A DNA stretch of 64,000 nucleotides from an uncultured Candidatus Saccharibacteria bacterium (GTDB lineage: Bacteria; Patescibacteriota; Minisyncoccia; Minisyncoccales; CAYJUL01), in the NCBI GenBank assembly GCA_964401295.1, contig CAYNXX010000001.1:137076-201075 (forward strand), given 5' to 3'. The position numbers were made by a program, and so were the translations under genes. The notes under the pieces were generated by a model. The model worked only from the letters and a program-made list of their open reading frames with translations, made no database searches and had not been told where the DNA came from. The number at the start of each line of letters is the position of its first letter. The stretch's first letter is position 1. This document shows positions 40,210 to 49,219 of this stretch, one piece after another.

Positions 40210-40256
40210 GATAAATTTTGGCTTAAACCTATTTTTATTTGATGCCAGCCGGCTTT

Positions 40257-41396
40257 TTAAATATAATAGTAAAAAATGTAGATTATAGCCCCAGCAATCA
40301 ATAGAGATGTCAAACCGTAAAGTAAGGGGGAAGGCACGGTTAAAGAATATTCAGGCGTCCTATCGCCCATTTTTTTTGCTTTCTGGAAAATTAAAATAAC
40401 GGCTATGCTTTCCACGGCAACCACAAGCGCGCCCAGCAAACCGACCAAGGAAATAAAACTACGGAGGCCAGCCAGATAAAAGACAAGCGGCAGTGCCGTT
40501 ACAATAAAAGATGCCAGCGGTTTTGACAGTTTATAGTCATAAACCAGGATGTTTTTCAAATAGATGCCGATTATCAAAAACGAATCGGCTATTGTTATAA
40601 CCGCCGCTAAAAGTCCTATAAAAATAATTTTAAAACCGAATATTTTAGTCAGTCCGGCAAGAGCGTCCTGCGTTGTGCCCTTTCCCGAAATCCCGACAAT
40701 CGCCGCAGAGAATAAAAGATAAATCAGAAAAATTATAATAAAAGATAAAATTATTGCCTTTTTATAGCTTAATAATTCTTCGTCTGTTTTTAATATTTCT
40801 CCAACTTCCGGAATTGCCGCAAGGCCGGAAAAAGCGAAAAGAATAACACCGTACGGCAAAATCAGATTTGATGCGTTATATAAAATAAAATTTTGAAGAG
40901 AAATCTGTGGTATTGCAAATAAAAATATTGCGACAACAATAATCAAAAACGCCGCATTTGAAAATAATTCCAGCGGAGCTACAATTTTGATGCCAATAAA
41001 AATAAGCAGGCTTAAAACCAGCCAAAAAATTAAACCAAGATAAAAAGAACCGATGGCTGTCCAGGGCGTAATTAAAATATTCAAAAAATCTCCGGCCAAA
41101 ATTATATAAGCAAGCAGGGTGCCCCCACCTAAAAAACTTGAAATTGTAATCAAACTCTTACCCCAGCGGCCTATATATTTCTCGGCGTAACCAACCAAGC
41201 GGTGTGTATCTTTTGTGCGTAAAATGATTTCTCCAAATAGCAAATTCAGCAAGAGCGTTACTCCTCCCAAAATCAAAAAATAAAAAAGCGCCGGAATGAT
41301 GCCGCTTTTTGAAACGACATAAGGCAGACCGAAAATCCCGGCTCCAATCGTCATGCCGACGATTATTGATACGGCGAATAATAAATTCTTGGCCAT
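40257..41396 (-). CDS. Aromatic amino acid permease family transporter
   Basis: GMTIGAGIFGLPY, PYGVILFA; about 11 TM. Confidence 0.85.
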   Translation of the reverse strand: MAKNLLFAVSIIVGMTIGAGIFGLPYVVSKSGIIPALFYFLILGGVTLLLNLLFGEIILRTKDTHRLVGYAEKYIGRWGKSLITISSFLGGGTLLAYIILAGDFLNILITPWTAIGSFYLGLIFWLVLSLLIFIGIKIVAPLELFSNAAFLIIVVAIFLFAIPQISLQNFILYNASNLILPYGVILFAFSGLAAIPEVGEILKTDEELLSYKKAIILSFIIIFLIYLLFSAAIVGISGKGTTQDALAGLTKIFGFKIIFIGLLAAVITIADSFLIIGIYLKNILVYDYKLSKPLASFIVTALPLVFYLAGLRSFISLVGLLGALVVAVESIAVILIFQKAKKMGDRTPEYSLTVPSPLLYGLTSLLIAGAIIYIFYYYI

Positions 41397-41402
41397 CGGA
41401 AC

Positions 41403-41894
41403 TCAAGCATCATGTTTTGCGATTCCAAAAATCTTTTTTTCAAATCTGCGGAACAAAAACAAAATTAAAAGTGAGAGCACTGAAGAAAAAGTTGCAATGG
41501 TATAAAAACCTAATCCGACTGCCGCGCCCACGCCAGCTGTAACCCATAATCCAGCAGCGGTTGTTAAACCCTCAACATGCTCCTGCCTGAAAATTATCAG
41601 ACCCGAACCTAAAAATCCTATACCCAAAACTATCTGACCAATGACGCGCGAGGGATCAAAACCAGAACGCGAATAATCTAGACCAAGTCCTCCGGCTTCG
41701 CGCACAAACGATTGCAAAGATTGAAATCCGATGATTGTAAATAGCGCCGAACCGAGGCAGACAAGCATGTACGTTCTTAGACCGGCTTCTTTTTTCTTCC
41801 ATTCCCTTTCTAAGCCTACAACTCCCCCCAAGATCATTGCTAAGATCAGTTGAAACATCGTTTGCAATTGAGGATTGGCTGTCAAATAACTCAT
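41403..41894 (-). CDS. MgtC/SapB family protein
   Basis: GLERE...AGLRT, DPSR, GIGFLG, GLTTAA. Confidence 0.92.
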   Translation of the reverse strand: MSYLTANPQLQTMFQLILAMILGGVVGLEREWKKKEAGLRTYMLVCLGSALFTIIGFQSLQSFVREAGGLGLDYSRSGFDPSRVIGQIVLGIGFLGSGLIIFRQEHVEGLTTAAGLWVTAGVGAAVGLGFYTIATFSSVLSLLILFLFRRFEKKIFGIAKHDA

Positions 41895-41958
41895 ATAAAA
41901 ATAAAAATTAATACCAAAATCCGGATGCCAGATTCATGATATTTTTGTGCCGTGCAAT

Positions 41959-42219
41959 TTATACTTTGTAAACCCTGTAGTCCGGTCTGACTTTTTGATC
42001 AACCTTAAGGCCGATGGATTCTCCGGGCTTGGCCGATTCCACTTTCTTGTGATCCACTTCCATGGACTCAATGGTTTGTATAAAATCGGTTTCGCCGCCC
42101 ACTAGACGTATGCGCTCGCCAACGTTCAGTTTTTTTGAAAGCTCCAAAACTGCCACGCCGATGTTCGCAAAATAATGTGTTACTTTGCCAATTAATTCTC
42201 CTTGTATTTCTTCCGGCAT
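41959..42219 (-). CDS. Small beta-barrel protein (EF-Tu domain II / U32 C-terminal-like)
   Basis: IGKVTHYF..IGVA, SME.DH..V..A..G..IGLKV. Confidence 0.75.
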   Translation of the reverse strand: MPEEIQGELIGKVTHYFANIGVAVLELSKKLNVGERIRLVGGETDFIQTIESMEVDHKKVESAKPGESIGLKVDQKVRPDYRVYKV

Positions 42220-42292
42220 GATAAATAAATTACTTATTATACGACCTTTAACTGATTTTTATTATATCATCTTTGAAATAATTAAAAAGGAG

Positions 42293-42544
42293 CTAGTCGC
42301 TCCTTCTGCCATTCTTTGATTTGAATATTGCATACGCAATATTTAGCGTAGCTTTGTAGTCTTCTTTAGAAAGGCGCAGCTGCTCTTGATGGTACAGTCT
42401 CGCACCATCTTCTCGTACGGCGCCGCACTTTACTATTCTACCATTCCTCTCTATAAACGAGATGGATAGCGGGGGTATCGAAATAACCACCATCTGAACT
42501 TTTTGATTTATTCTTTCAACGCGGGTAACTTTAATCTGCGACAA
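42293..42544 (-). CDS. Hypothetical protein (TTG start)
   Basis: 83 aa, preceded by AAAGGAGG. Confidence 0.55.
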   Translation of the reverse strand: MSQIKVTRVERINQKVQMVVISIPPLSISFIERNGRIVKCGAVREDGARLYHQEQLRLSKEDYKATLNIAYAIFKSKNGRRSD

Positions 42545-42843
42545 CTCTGCCTCCTTTCATTATTTGCTAACTGCCACGAAATGGCATGGCAGATCGAAAT
42601 CCTCCGCGGGGCTATGAAAACATGCTTGCCCAGGGCGTTTGGGTCGGAAAATTCTTTGACAAGATATTTGCGTCATGCCAGTTATAATTCCTCAGACCGC
42701 CGAAGCTGACGGTGATTCGACCATAGTCAACAGCAACAAAAAACATTTTGTACCTCTTTTTTAAGCTACAACCTGTTAAATATACCAGATTTTATCTTGA
42801 AAGTCAAGAATAAAGACCTGTGCGACGCGCTGGGCTTAAAATA

Positions 42844-42901
42844 TGGCGCAGAATGCTTGAAATAATTCGAATGCATTTCGCCGCCGCAAACGGCGGCGAA
42901 A
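42844..42901 (-). repeat. Distal element end, copy B, with GC hairpin
   Basis: Homologous to 3791-3831; hairpin TTTCGCCGCCG-CAAA-CGGCGGCGAAA at 42876-42901. Confidence 0.8.
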
Positions 42902-42946
42902 CAGAAAAAGCGGAAGTCGAACGGCTTCCGCTAGTCTATAGCAGGG

Positions 42947-43690
42947 TTATTTCTTCTTAACGACCATCTGAAAATCCAGCAAGTCTTTCCCAAGCGTAGC
43001 ATCATTGCGCTTGAGCATGATTTCTTGATAGCCTATCAACTTTCCTGTTTCGTCAACTACCTCCACTAGTCGTGTGTAGTATGGAGCATTATAGCAATCA
43101 CCGCTTTTAAGAATCTGTTCTGCCTCGTAAGCAGTATTGACTCGCCGTTTGTACTCGTCCTTGATATCCTCAAAGACGCCACTAACGCCGATTTCAAGAT
43201 ATTCGGTTTTGTACGAGGCTGAGGTCAATGCCTCAACGGTAAAGTCATACAACCAATAGCGCAATTCTTGCGCCCAATCGCCATTCGCAACTTTCAATTG
43301 AGGAACGCGCTGAATTAATCGGGTAAAGGCATAATTGAACTCCCCGACATACGCTCCCTCATAGTTATACTTAGCACCGACTTCGTAAATTGCTTTTGCA
43401 AGATTCGCTTCACTTGAATCGGCCTCAGATCCCCTAACGACAAAACGAAGACATTGCGCAACTTTGAGGAAAACAGATTTGTAAAATGGAATGGGTGATG
43501 AGCTGCTGTCTATAATGATGGAGTGAAGATGTTGCGCAACTTTGAGGAAAACAGATTTGTAAACCTTAAGGAGCGATAGATTGCTATTTACCCTCGCTAC
43601 AATATCGGCCACAAGCCGCTCTACTGCGGCATCAAGCACTTCGCGATCCGTAGACTTGCCATCAGTCTTTTTGCTTGGTACGTATGGCGT
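42947..43690 (-). CDS. Hypothetical protein (DUF6899-like); start codon appears mutated to ACG
   Basis: AGGAGG - 8 nt - ACG CCA TAC GTA in frame with the ORF; GEFNYAFT and EYKRRV..YE....K.GD motifs. Family assignment is from memory. Confidence 0.6.
   Translation of the reverse strand, partial: TPYVPSKKTDGKSTDREVLDAAVERLVADIVARVNSNLSLLKVYKSVFLKVAQHLHSIIIDSSSSPIPFYKSVFLKVAQCLRFVVRGSEADSSEANLAKAIYEVGAKYNYEGAYVGEFNYAFTRLIQRVPQLKVANGDWAQELRYWLYDFTVEALTSASYKTEYLEIGVSGVFEDIKDEYKRRVNTAYEAEQILKSGDCYNAPYYTRLVEVVDETGKLIGYQEIMLKRNDATLGKDLLDFQMVVKKK
43454..43563. repeat. Perfect 32-bp direct repeat pair (43454-43485, 43532-43563)
   Basis: TTGCGCAACTTTGAGGAAAACAGATTTGTAAA twice at 78-bp period, encoding YKSVFLKVAQ twice. 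Confidence 0.95.
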
Positions 43691-43879
43691 GTTGATAACC
43701 TCCTATTTTAAAGTAGCTATTTGCTAATTGCAAGTTAGCAAAGTGAATTAAGTATATCAATGGGTCGATGGGGTGGGTATAGTATTAAATAAAATTATAA
43801 AAAACTCTTTCGCAAAATGAGACAGCCAGCTGTTTTTTCACCCAAACTACCTTATGATTTAGTTGCCGAGGGACGGCGC

Positions 43880-43960
43880 GGGAAAGATGGATCGGGGAAG
43901 AATGCCCGTGCCGTCTCGCTTCCGAAAGTTTACGCTGACGGTTGCGAAAACAAATATAAG
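43880..43960 (+). repeat. Degenerate repeat, inverted partner of 44931-45017
   Basis: GGGAAAGA...AAAGTTTACGCTGACGGTT vs GGGAAAGA...AAAGTTTGCGCCGACGGTT (17/19 in the core). Confidence 0.75.
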
Positions 43961-44022
43961 TAAAGAGTGATGAAAGGATTTGTTTTCACGATGATTATCC
44001 TTTGATATTTTAAGAAAATAGA

Positions 44023-44070
44023 AAGCGCCTTGCGGGTTAATTCGTTCTTCGCGAATTCCGCAAGGCGCTT
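44023..44070. terminator. Long hairpin downstream of the HAD gene
   Basis: AAGCGCCTTGCGG / CCGCAAGGCGCTT 13-bp stem plus inner AATTCG/CGAATT. Confidence 0.55.
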
Positions 44071-44098
44071 GTAGACGAAGCGAAGTTCATCATCATTG

Positions 44099-44800
44099 CT
44101 AGCTGAGGTTCTTGATCGGGGTGGAAACATCGATCTCTCGCCAGTCGAAAAAGATGCGACAAATGCCCGCATCAACTAGCGCGCCTATTGTGATGCCACG
44201 AATCACAACCGGCATCCCAATAGCCTTGGAACCAGCGGCGAGCGCGGCTTTCACGCCCGGTGGCGAATCCTCGAAAACAAGCTGCTCATGGGGATCAATC
44301 TCCATAATTGAGGCAGTTTTCAAGAACACATCCGGCGCCGGTTTTGGGTTCGCGACGTGCTCACGGAGCACAATGTTGCGCTGACCAAAAAGTACCATGA
44401 GACCAGATCGCTCAAGAAGCGTTATCGCGTACTTCTTAGGCGTGAGCGATCCGATTGCGAACTTAAGGCCAAGATTACGCACCTCTCTGAAGAAATCTAA
44501 GAATCCGACGCGGGGCTCGATTGGCATCTCCGCAAGTAGACGTTCGTAGTGAAATTTGTTGCGAGCCAAGATGTCATCGACAGATAAACGATTGCGTGTG
44601 TCGGGATCCAAAAGATCCCGGATATCCTCGCATACCTTTTCGTCAGGTCCACCGATGAAGTGAGGAAGCTTGCTATAGGCTTCGTCGAGCGAGATCCTAA
44701 GTCCTAATTCGCTTGCGACGGCGAGATGTCCGTTATGGTGAGCGACCTCGACATCAACAACAGTGCCTTAGAGATCAAAGGCGATTCCACGAATAGGCAT
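44099..44800 (-). pseudogene. HAD-family phosphatase (beta-PGM-like) with a nonsense codon in motif I
   Basis: AAGGAG RBS, then MPIRGIAFDL*GTVVD (TAA at 44768-44770), frame continuing to KPAPDVF and VFEDSPPG. Confidence 0.85.
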
Positions 44801-45084
44801 TACCCATCTCCTTCTTTCTGGATTTTAACTGTCAAGGAACGATCATATAATAACAGAGTTGAATTTAAATGTAAATAGTTAACAAAACAGAGTCCGTAAG
44901 AAATTCTGCGATAAAATCATATGAAATTTTTCTTATCAGTTCTAAAAACCGTCGGCGCAAACTTTTGGGGGCAACGACAGTGCGGGAATTTGCCTCCCCT
45001 CGCCCCCTGTCTTTCCCACCAGAGCGGTTTGGGATTTTACGAAATGCCGCATCAAAAAAGGTTCGCGCGAAATGTATAATTACA

Positions 45085-45157
45085 GCACCAAAACTAACTT
45101 TGTCGGAATTGACTGCTCCGCTTTTGTTTTTGCCGTAAAATCCCAGAGTTCGCCCCA
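45085..45157 (+). repeat. 73-bp inverted copy of the LSR 3' end / att arm upstream of the LSR
   Basis: 45085-45122 = reverse complement of 46671-46708 (38/38); 45117-45157 = reverse complement of 46590-46630 (40/41). Confidence 0.97.
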
Positions 45158-45165
45158 ATAACCAT

Positions 45166-46766
45166 ATGAAAGAGCTCAAACCAAAAACTCAATGCATTCT
45201 CTATGCTCGGAAATCAACCGAGGAGGATGATAAGCAAGTGATGAGCATAGAAGCTCAACTGTTTGAATTGCGCGAATTTGCCGAGCGAGAACGCATTGAG
45301 ATAATCCGTGAGTTCACGGAAGCGGAAAGCGCAAAGAAACCCGGACGAGAGGAATTTGCCAAAATGCTTTCCTTAATTGAAATAAGCAAAAAGCCGCTCG
45401 GCATTTTGGCATGGCACCCCGATCGTCTCGCCCGCAATAGCGTGGACGGCGGCAGAATCATTTATCTCGTGGACACCGGAGCTATTGCTTCTTTGCGCTT
45501 TCCGCAATTTTGGTTTGAGCCAACTCCGCAAGGGAAATTCATGTTGCAAGTGGCGTTCGGGCAATCAAAGTATTTCTCGGATAACTTGGTTGAAAATGTG
45601 AAGCGCGGTATCCGCCAAAAACTCAGCCGCGGCGAATGGCTGACGCTCGCTCCTTTGGGATATGTGAACAACTACAAAATACGGAACATTGACCCGCACC
45701 CTACTTACGCAAAAGTCATCAAGCGAGCGTTTGAAGAGTACGCCACGGGAAAATATACGCTCGTCGGTTTAGCGGAGTTTTTAGCGGGGCATGGCGTTGT
45801 TCAGAAAAAAGGAACGCCACTTGCAAAAGTTTCCGTCGTGAAAATGCTTACTAACCGAGCATATCTAGGATTTGTAAAATTTCATGGCGAATACCACGAC
45901 GGAAACTTTGAGCCGATTCTTTCCCCGACACTGTTTGAAGCAGTACAGAAAGTATTGAAAAGCAAGCAAAGACCGCGCAAACAGAAAGAGCGATACGATT
46001 TCCCTTTTACGCAGTTTGCGCGGTGCGGCGAGTGCGGAAATATGATTACGGCGCAGTATGCCACCAATCGCTGGGGCACGCGCTATACTTACTACCGTTG
46101 CACCAAGAAAAGCGGGCATTGTAGCCAGCCGTATCTTTCCGCCGATACGCTCGCCGCCCAAGCGCAAACCCTGTTTCAATCAGTGTCGCTTCCTCTCGCG
46201 GAAATTGAGGTTATGGAAAAGCAGATTGACACACGGGAGAAAGAAGAAATTTCCGCGAGAGGAGATGTTGCCCAAAATCTTAAAGCAAAACTCAAGAGGC
46301 GCAGGAGAAGCTAGGCCGGCTTGTCTCGCTCTATTTGGACGACGACATCGAACGAGAACTCTATCTCACAAAGAAAGACGCGCTCCTTCGCCAAAAAGCC
46401 AAGCTGGAAGAAAGTTTGGGAGATTTTGGGCAACAGGGAAAGAATCAGCTCGAACCCTTGCGGAGTTTCGTTTTGTCCTTGAGAGAAGCGGAAAAAGTGG
46501 CGCAAACAAAAAATCACGCCGACTGGCGCAACTTTTTCCGTTCGCTCGGCTCTAACCCCGAGATCAAGGATAAAACGCTTTCAATCAACTGGGGCGAACT
46601 CTGGGATTTTACGGCGAAAACAAAAGCGGATTTTGCCCTGCGGAGCGAGCCGTCCGCCGCGCGGACGGCGAGCGGAGCAGTCAATTCCGACAAAGTTAGT
46701 TTTGGTGCGCCTACGAGGATTCGAACCCCGATCTCGAGCTCCGGAAGCTCGTGTTCTATCCATTAA
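45166..46766 (+). pseudogene. Large serine recombinase with one frameshift near 46295
   Basis: YARKS catalytic Ser, DRLARN, recombinase domain, CGECG..YYRC Zn ribbon; adding one base gives ...LKEAQEKLGRLVSLYLDDDI joining ORF 46335-46766. Confidence 0.9.
46590..46708 (-). repeat. Att-like arm at the tRNA-Arg 3' end, with a 46-bp hairpin-containing segment
   Basis: Matches 45085-45157 and 3095-3131; hairpin GCCGTCCGC-CGC-GCGGACGGC at 46649-46669. Confidence 0.95.
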
Positions 46767-46777
46767 ACTATGGGCGC
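46703..46777 (-). tRNA. tRNA-Arg (anticodon CCG)
   Basis: Acceptor GCGCCCA/TAGGCGC+ACCA (one C:A mismatch), anticodon arm CGAGC-TTCCGGA-GCTCG, T-loop TTCGAAT. Confidence 0.95.
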
Positions 46778-46792
46778 AGGATAATTTTTATA

Positions 46793-47482
46793 TTATTTTT
46801 CAGCGACGAAATAAAAGTTTTGTCGGCTGCCGGTTTGGCTGCGGATTGTTCCGATTTGCCTCATTTTAAATCCGGCGCTCTTTGCCAACCAGTTTAATTC
46901 AATTTTTGTGAAGCAGTGATAATAACGATTTGTTTTATCTGACCAAGGTTCCCAGATGTCTCCAAAATCCAATTTTGAAAATCCAAATATTTTTAAAATC
47001 CCGAATTTAATTCTTAAATATATCTCCTTTAGCCAACAGAATTTCCAAACCGTAACAATTAAAAGCCCGCCGGATTTTAAAACTCTTTTCGCTTCCAGTA
47101 AAAATTGTTTTCTGAATTCATTTGATGGAATATGATGTAAAACCGCAATGCTGTAAATTTTATCAAACTGGTTCTCTGAAAATAGTAATTTTAAAGATTC
47201 GCTTGTTTTAAATTCGTATTCGGGATATTTTTTTTTAGCGATTTCGACCAATTTTTCTGAAGTATCTACGCCAATATAAGAAATTTTTCTATTTTTCAAA
47301 AATTCAATCAATCTTCCATTGCCGCAGCCCAAATCCAAAACATTGTCGCCCGGCAACGCATAATCCATAAGAGGTCCAAGTTCCAACCAAGGCTTTTCTC
47401 TTGTCCTTGAAAAATCTTCGGCAATCAGGTTATAATCCTCTCTGACCCTATTTAAAAGGTAGTCTGCGTAATTTTTATCCAT
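46793..47482 (-). CDS. Trm9/ALKBH8-like SAM-dependent tRNA methyltransferase
   Basis: YNLIAEDFSRTREKPW, LDLGCGNGR, SIAVLHHI, RYYHCF...EL, N.YFVAEK; start placed at MDKNY. Confidence 0.8.
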   Translation of the reverse strand: MDKNYADYLLNRVREDYNLIAEDFSRTREKPWLELGPLMDYALPGDNVLDLGCGNGRLIEFLKNRKISYIGVDTSEKLVEIAKKKYPEYEFKTSESLKLLFSENQFDKIYSIAVLHHIPSNEFRKQFLLEAKRVLKSGGLLIVTVWKFCWLKEIYLRIKFGILKIFGFSKLDFGDIWEPWSDKTNRYYHCFTKIELNWLAKSAGFKMRQIGTIRSQTGSRQNFYFVAEK

Positions 47483-49091
47483 GACGATTGCGGAGTTTAC
47501 AATTAAAGAATTAATGAAGGGCGAAGCGCGCGAAGCGCGGAACCTTGCCGCCATTAAGAGAAAGGCGGCCAAAAAATACAAAATGCCCTGTCCGAAAAAC
47601 TCAAAACTACTCCAAGCATATCACGACTTGGTGCTAAATAAAAACATGATTGCAGATAAAAATTTGGAGCTGCTTTTGCGCAAAAGAAAGGTAAGATCAC
47701 TTTCGGGAGTGGCCGTAGTTTCTATCCTTACAAGGCCATATCCATGCGGCGGAAGGTGCATTTACTGTCCAACGCAATCAGGCGTGCCTAAAAGTTATTT
47801 AGACGGCGAACCTGCTGTAATGAGAGCTTTATCGCATAATTATGATCCTAAGGAGCAAATACTATCCCGAATAAAAACATTGGAAGCCAACGGCCACCCA
47901 ACCGACAAAATAGATTTAAGGATTATCGGCGGAACGTGGTCTTATAATCCAAGACGCTACCAATCCTGGTTTATTAAAAAGTGCTTTGAGGCCGTGAATG
48001 AACTTAGTAGAATCAGAAATCCGAAAAATGCTAATCTTAACCGTCTTCAAACTTTAAACGAAAAAGCCAAATACAGAATTGTAGGCATAAATGTTGAAAC
48101 AAGGCCTGATTATATAAACCGGGGGGAAATAGTACGCATGCGAAAACTCGGCATAACGCAAATAGAACTCGGCGTGCAAAGCGTATATGAAGATGTGCTG
48201 AAATTAAACCGGCGAGGCCATGGCGTAGATACGGTTATCAATACCACAAAACTTTTAAAAGATGCTGGATTCAAAATTTGCTATCACATAATGTCTAATC
48301 TCCCAGGATCAACTCCGAAAAAAGACATTAAAACATTCGAAGAAATTTTTTTCAATCCCGATTTCCAACCGGACCATATTAAAATATATCCCTGCGCTCT
48401 GGTAAAAGAAGCTCCTCTTTATTGGCTGAAAGATAAAATCGGCTACCGCCCATATTCGGCAAAAAAACTCGTCGCCATTATAAAAGAGGGTAAAAAATAT
48501 ATCCCTTATTATTGCCGCATACAGCGCGTTATCAGAGACATACCGGCAACATACATCATTGAAGGCGGAACTGCGATTTCAAACCTAAGACAAGTCGTAA
48601 GTGATGAAATGAAAAAAGAAGGGTCAAGATGCCGGTGTATACGCTGCCGAGAAGTAAAAGAAAATTACGACGCGGGCGAAAAGATATATCTCTTCCGCCA
48701 GGACTATGAAGCGTCCGACGGCAGGGAAATTTTCCTAAGTTTTGAAAATAAAAACAGGACGAAATTGCTCAGCTTGCTTCGACTGCGCATCCCTTCTTAT
48801 ATTTTTTGCAAAAAAAATAAATCTCTCTTCACGACGCTGAAAAATTCCGCCTTTATACGCGAAATACATACTTATGGCCAACTGCAGCCATTAACTGCTG
48901 CGGCGCTCCACAAAAACTCGCCGCAACATAAAGGCCTTGGGAAACAATTGATGCGAGAGGCCGAAAAAATAACACTTAGCTTCGGACTGCAAAAAATTGC
49001 AGTTATTTCAGCTGTCGGCACAAGAGAATATTACAGAAAATTCGGATACCAACTCCAAAATACTTACATGATAAAAAATTTACGCAATTAA
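47481..49091 (+). CDS. elp3: Elp3 tRNA U34 carboxymethyltransferase (radical SAM + KAT)
   Basis: RSLSGVA, CGGRCIYCP, PKSY, GGTW, ETRPD, ELGVQS, CRCIRCRE, QHKGLGK, GTREYY. Confidence 0.93.
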   Translation: MTIAEFTIKELMKGEAREARNLAAIKRKAAKKYKMPCPKNSKLLQAYHDLVLNKNMIADKNLELLLRKRKVRSLSGVAVVSILTRPYPCGGRCIYCPTQSGVPKSYLDGEPAVMRALSHNYDPKEQILSRIKTLEANGHPTDKIDLRIIGGTWSYNPRRYQSWFIKKCFEAVNELSRIRNPKNANLNRLQTLNEKAKYRIVGINVETRPDYINRGEIVRMRKLGITQIELGVQSVYEDVLKLNRRGHGVDTVINTTKLLKDAGFKICYHIMSNLPGSTPKKDIKTFEEIFFNPDFQPDHIKIYPCALVKEAPLYWLKDKIGYRPYSAKKLVAIIKEGKKYIPYYCRIQRVIRDIPATYIIEGGTAISNLRQVVSDEMKKEGSRCRCIRCREVKENYDAGEKIYLFRQDYEASDGREIFLSFENKNRTKLLSLLRLRIPSYIFCKKNKSLFTTLKNSAFIREIHTYGQLQPLTAAALHKNSPQHKGLGKQLMREAEKITLSFGLQKIAVISAVGTREYYRKFGYQLQNTYMIKNLRN

Positions 49092-49219
49092 CAATCTCGC
49101 ATTTTTTTATCTTTTCTTTTAAGTGTTTCTTGATATTTTCTGAAAATAAAGCGTTCAGGAGTTCTGTAGGCCAATTTTCCCTTTTTCGCCCGTTTAGATG
49201 AGTAATTTTTCACAATAGG

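Larger units (their letters stand above)
42844..46708. mobile_element. Decaying LSR island at the tRNA-Arg(CCG) 3' end
   Basis: LSR gene runs into the tRNA; att-like arm at the tRNA, distal end at 42844-42884 (core TGGCGC vs TGGTGC); two damaged cargo genes. Confidence 0.75.

Noticed and set aside
43454-43563. CRISPR array (32-bp repeat, 46-bp spacer)
   Set aside because: Only two copies, in frame inside an ORF, with no leader or cas genes in the window.
44768-44770. Stop-codon recoding explaining the TAA in the HAD gene
   Set aside because: TAA, TAG and TGA all end core genes normally in this window; a nonsense mutation is simpler.
3095-45121. 42-kb prophage or island between the direct 37-bp repeats at 3095 and 45085
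   Set aside because: The interval is full of essential genes (aaRSs, ribosomal proteins, tmRNA) and has no phage genes; two separate small elements explain the repeats better.
44865-45179. Independent 104-aa minus-strand gene
   Set aside because: It overlaps the LSR start and the inverted repeat; better read as an alternative LSR tail than a standalone CDS.
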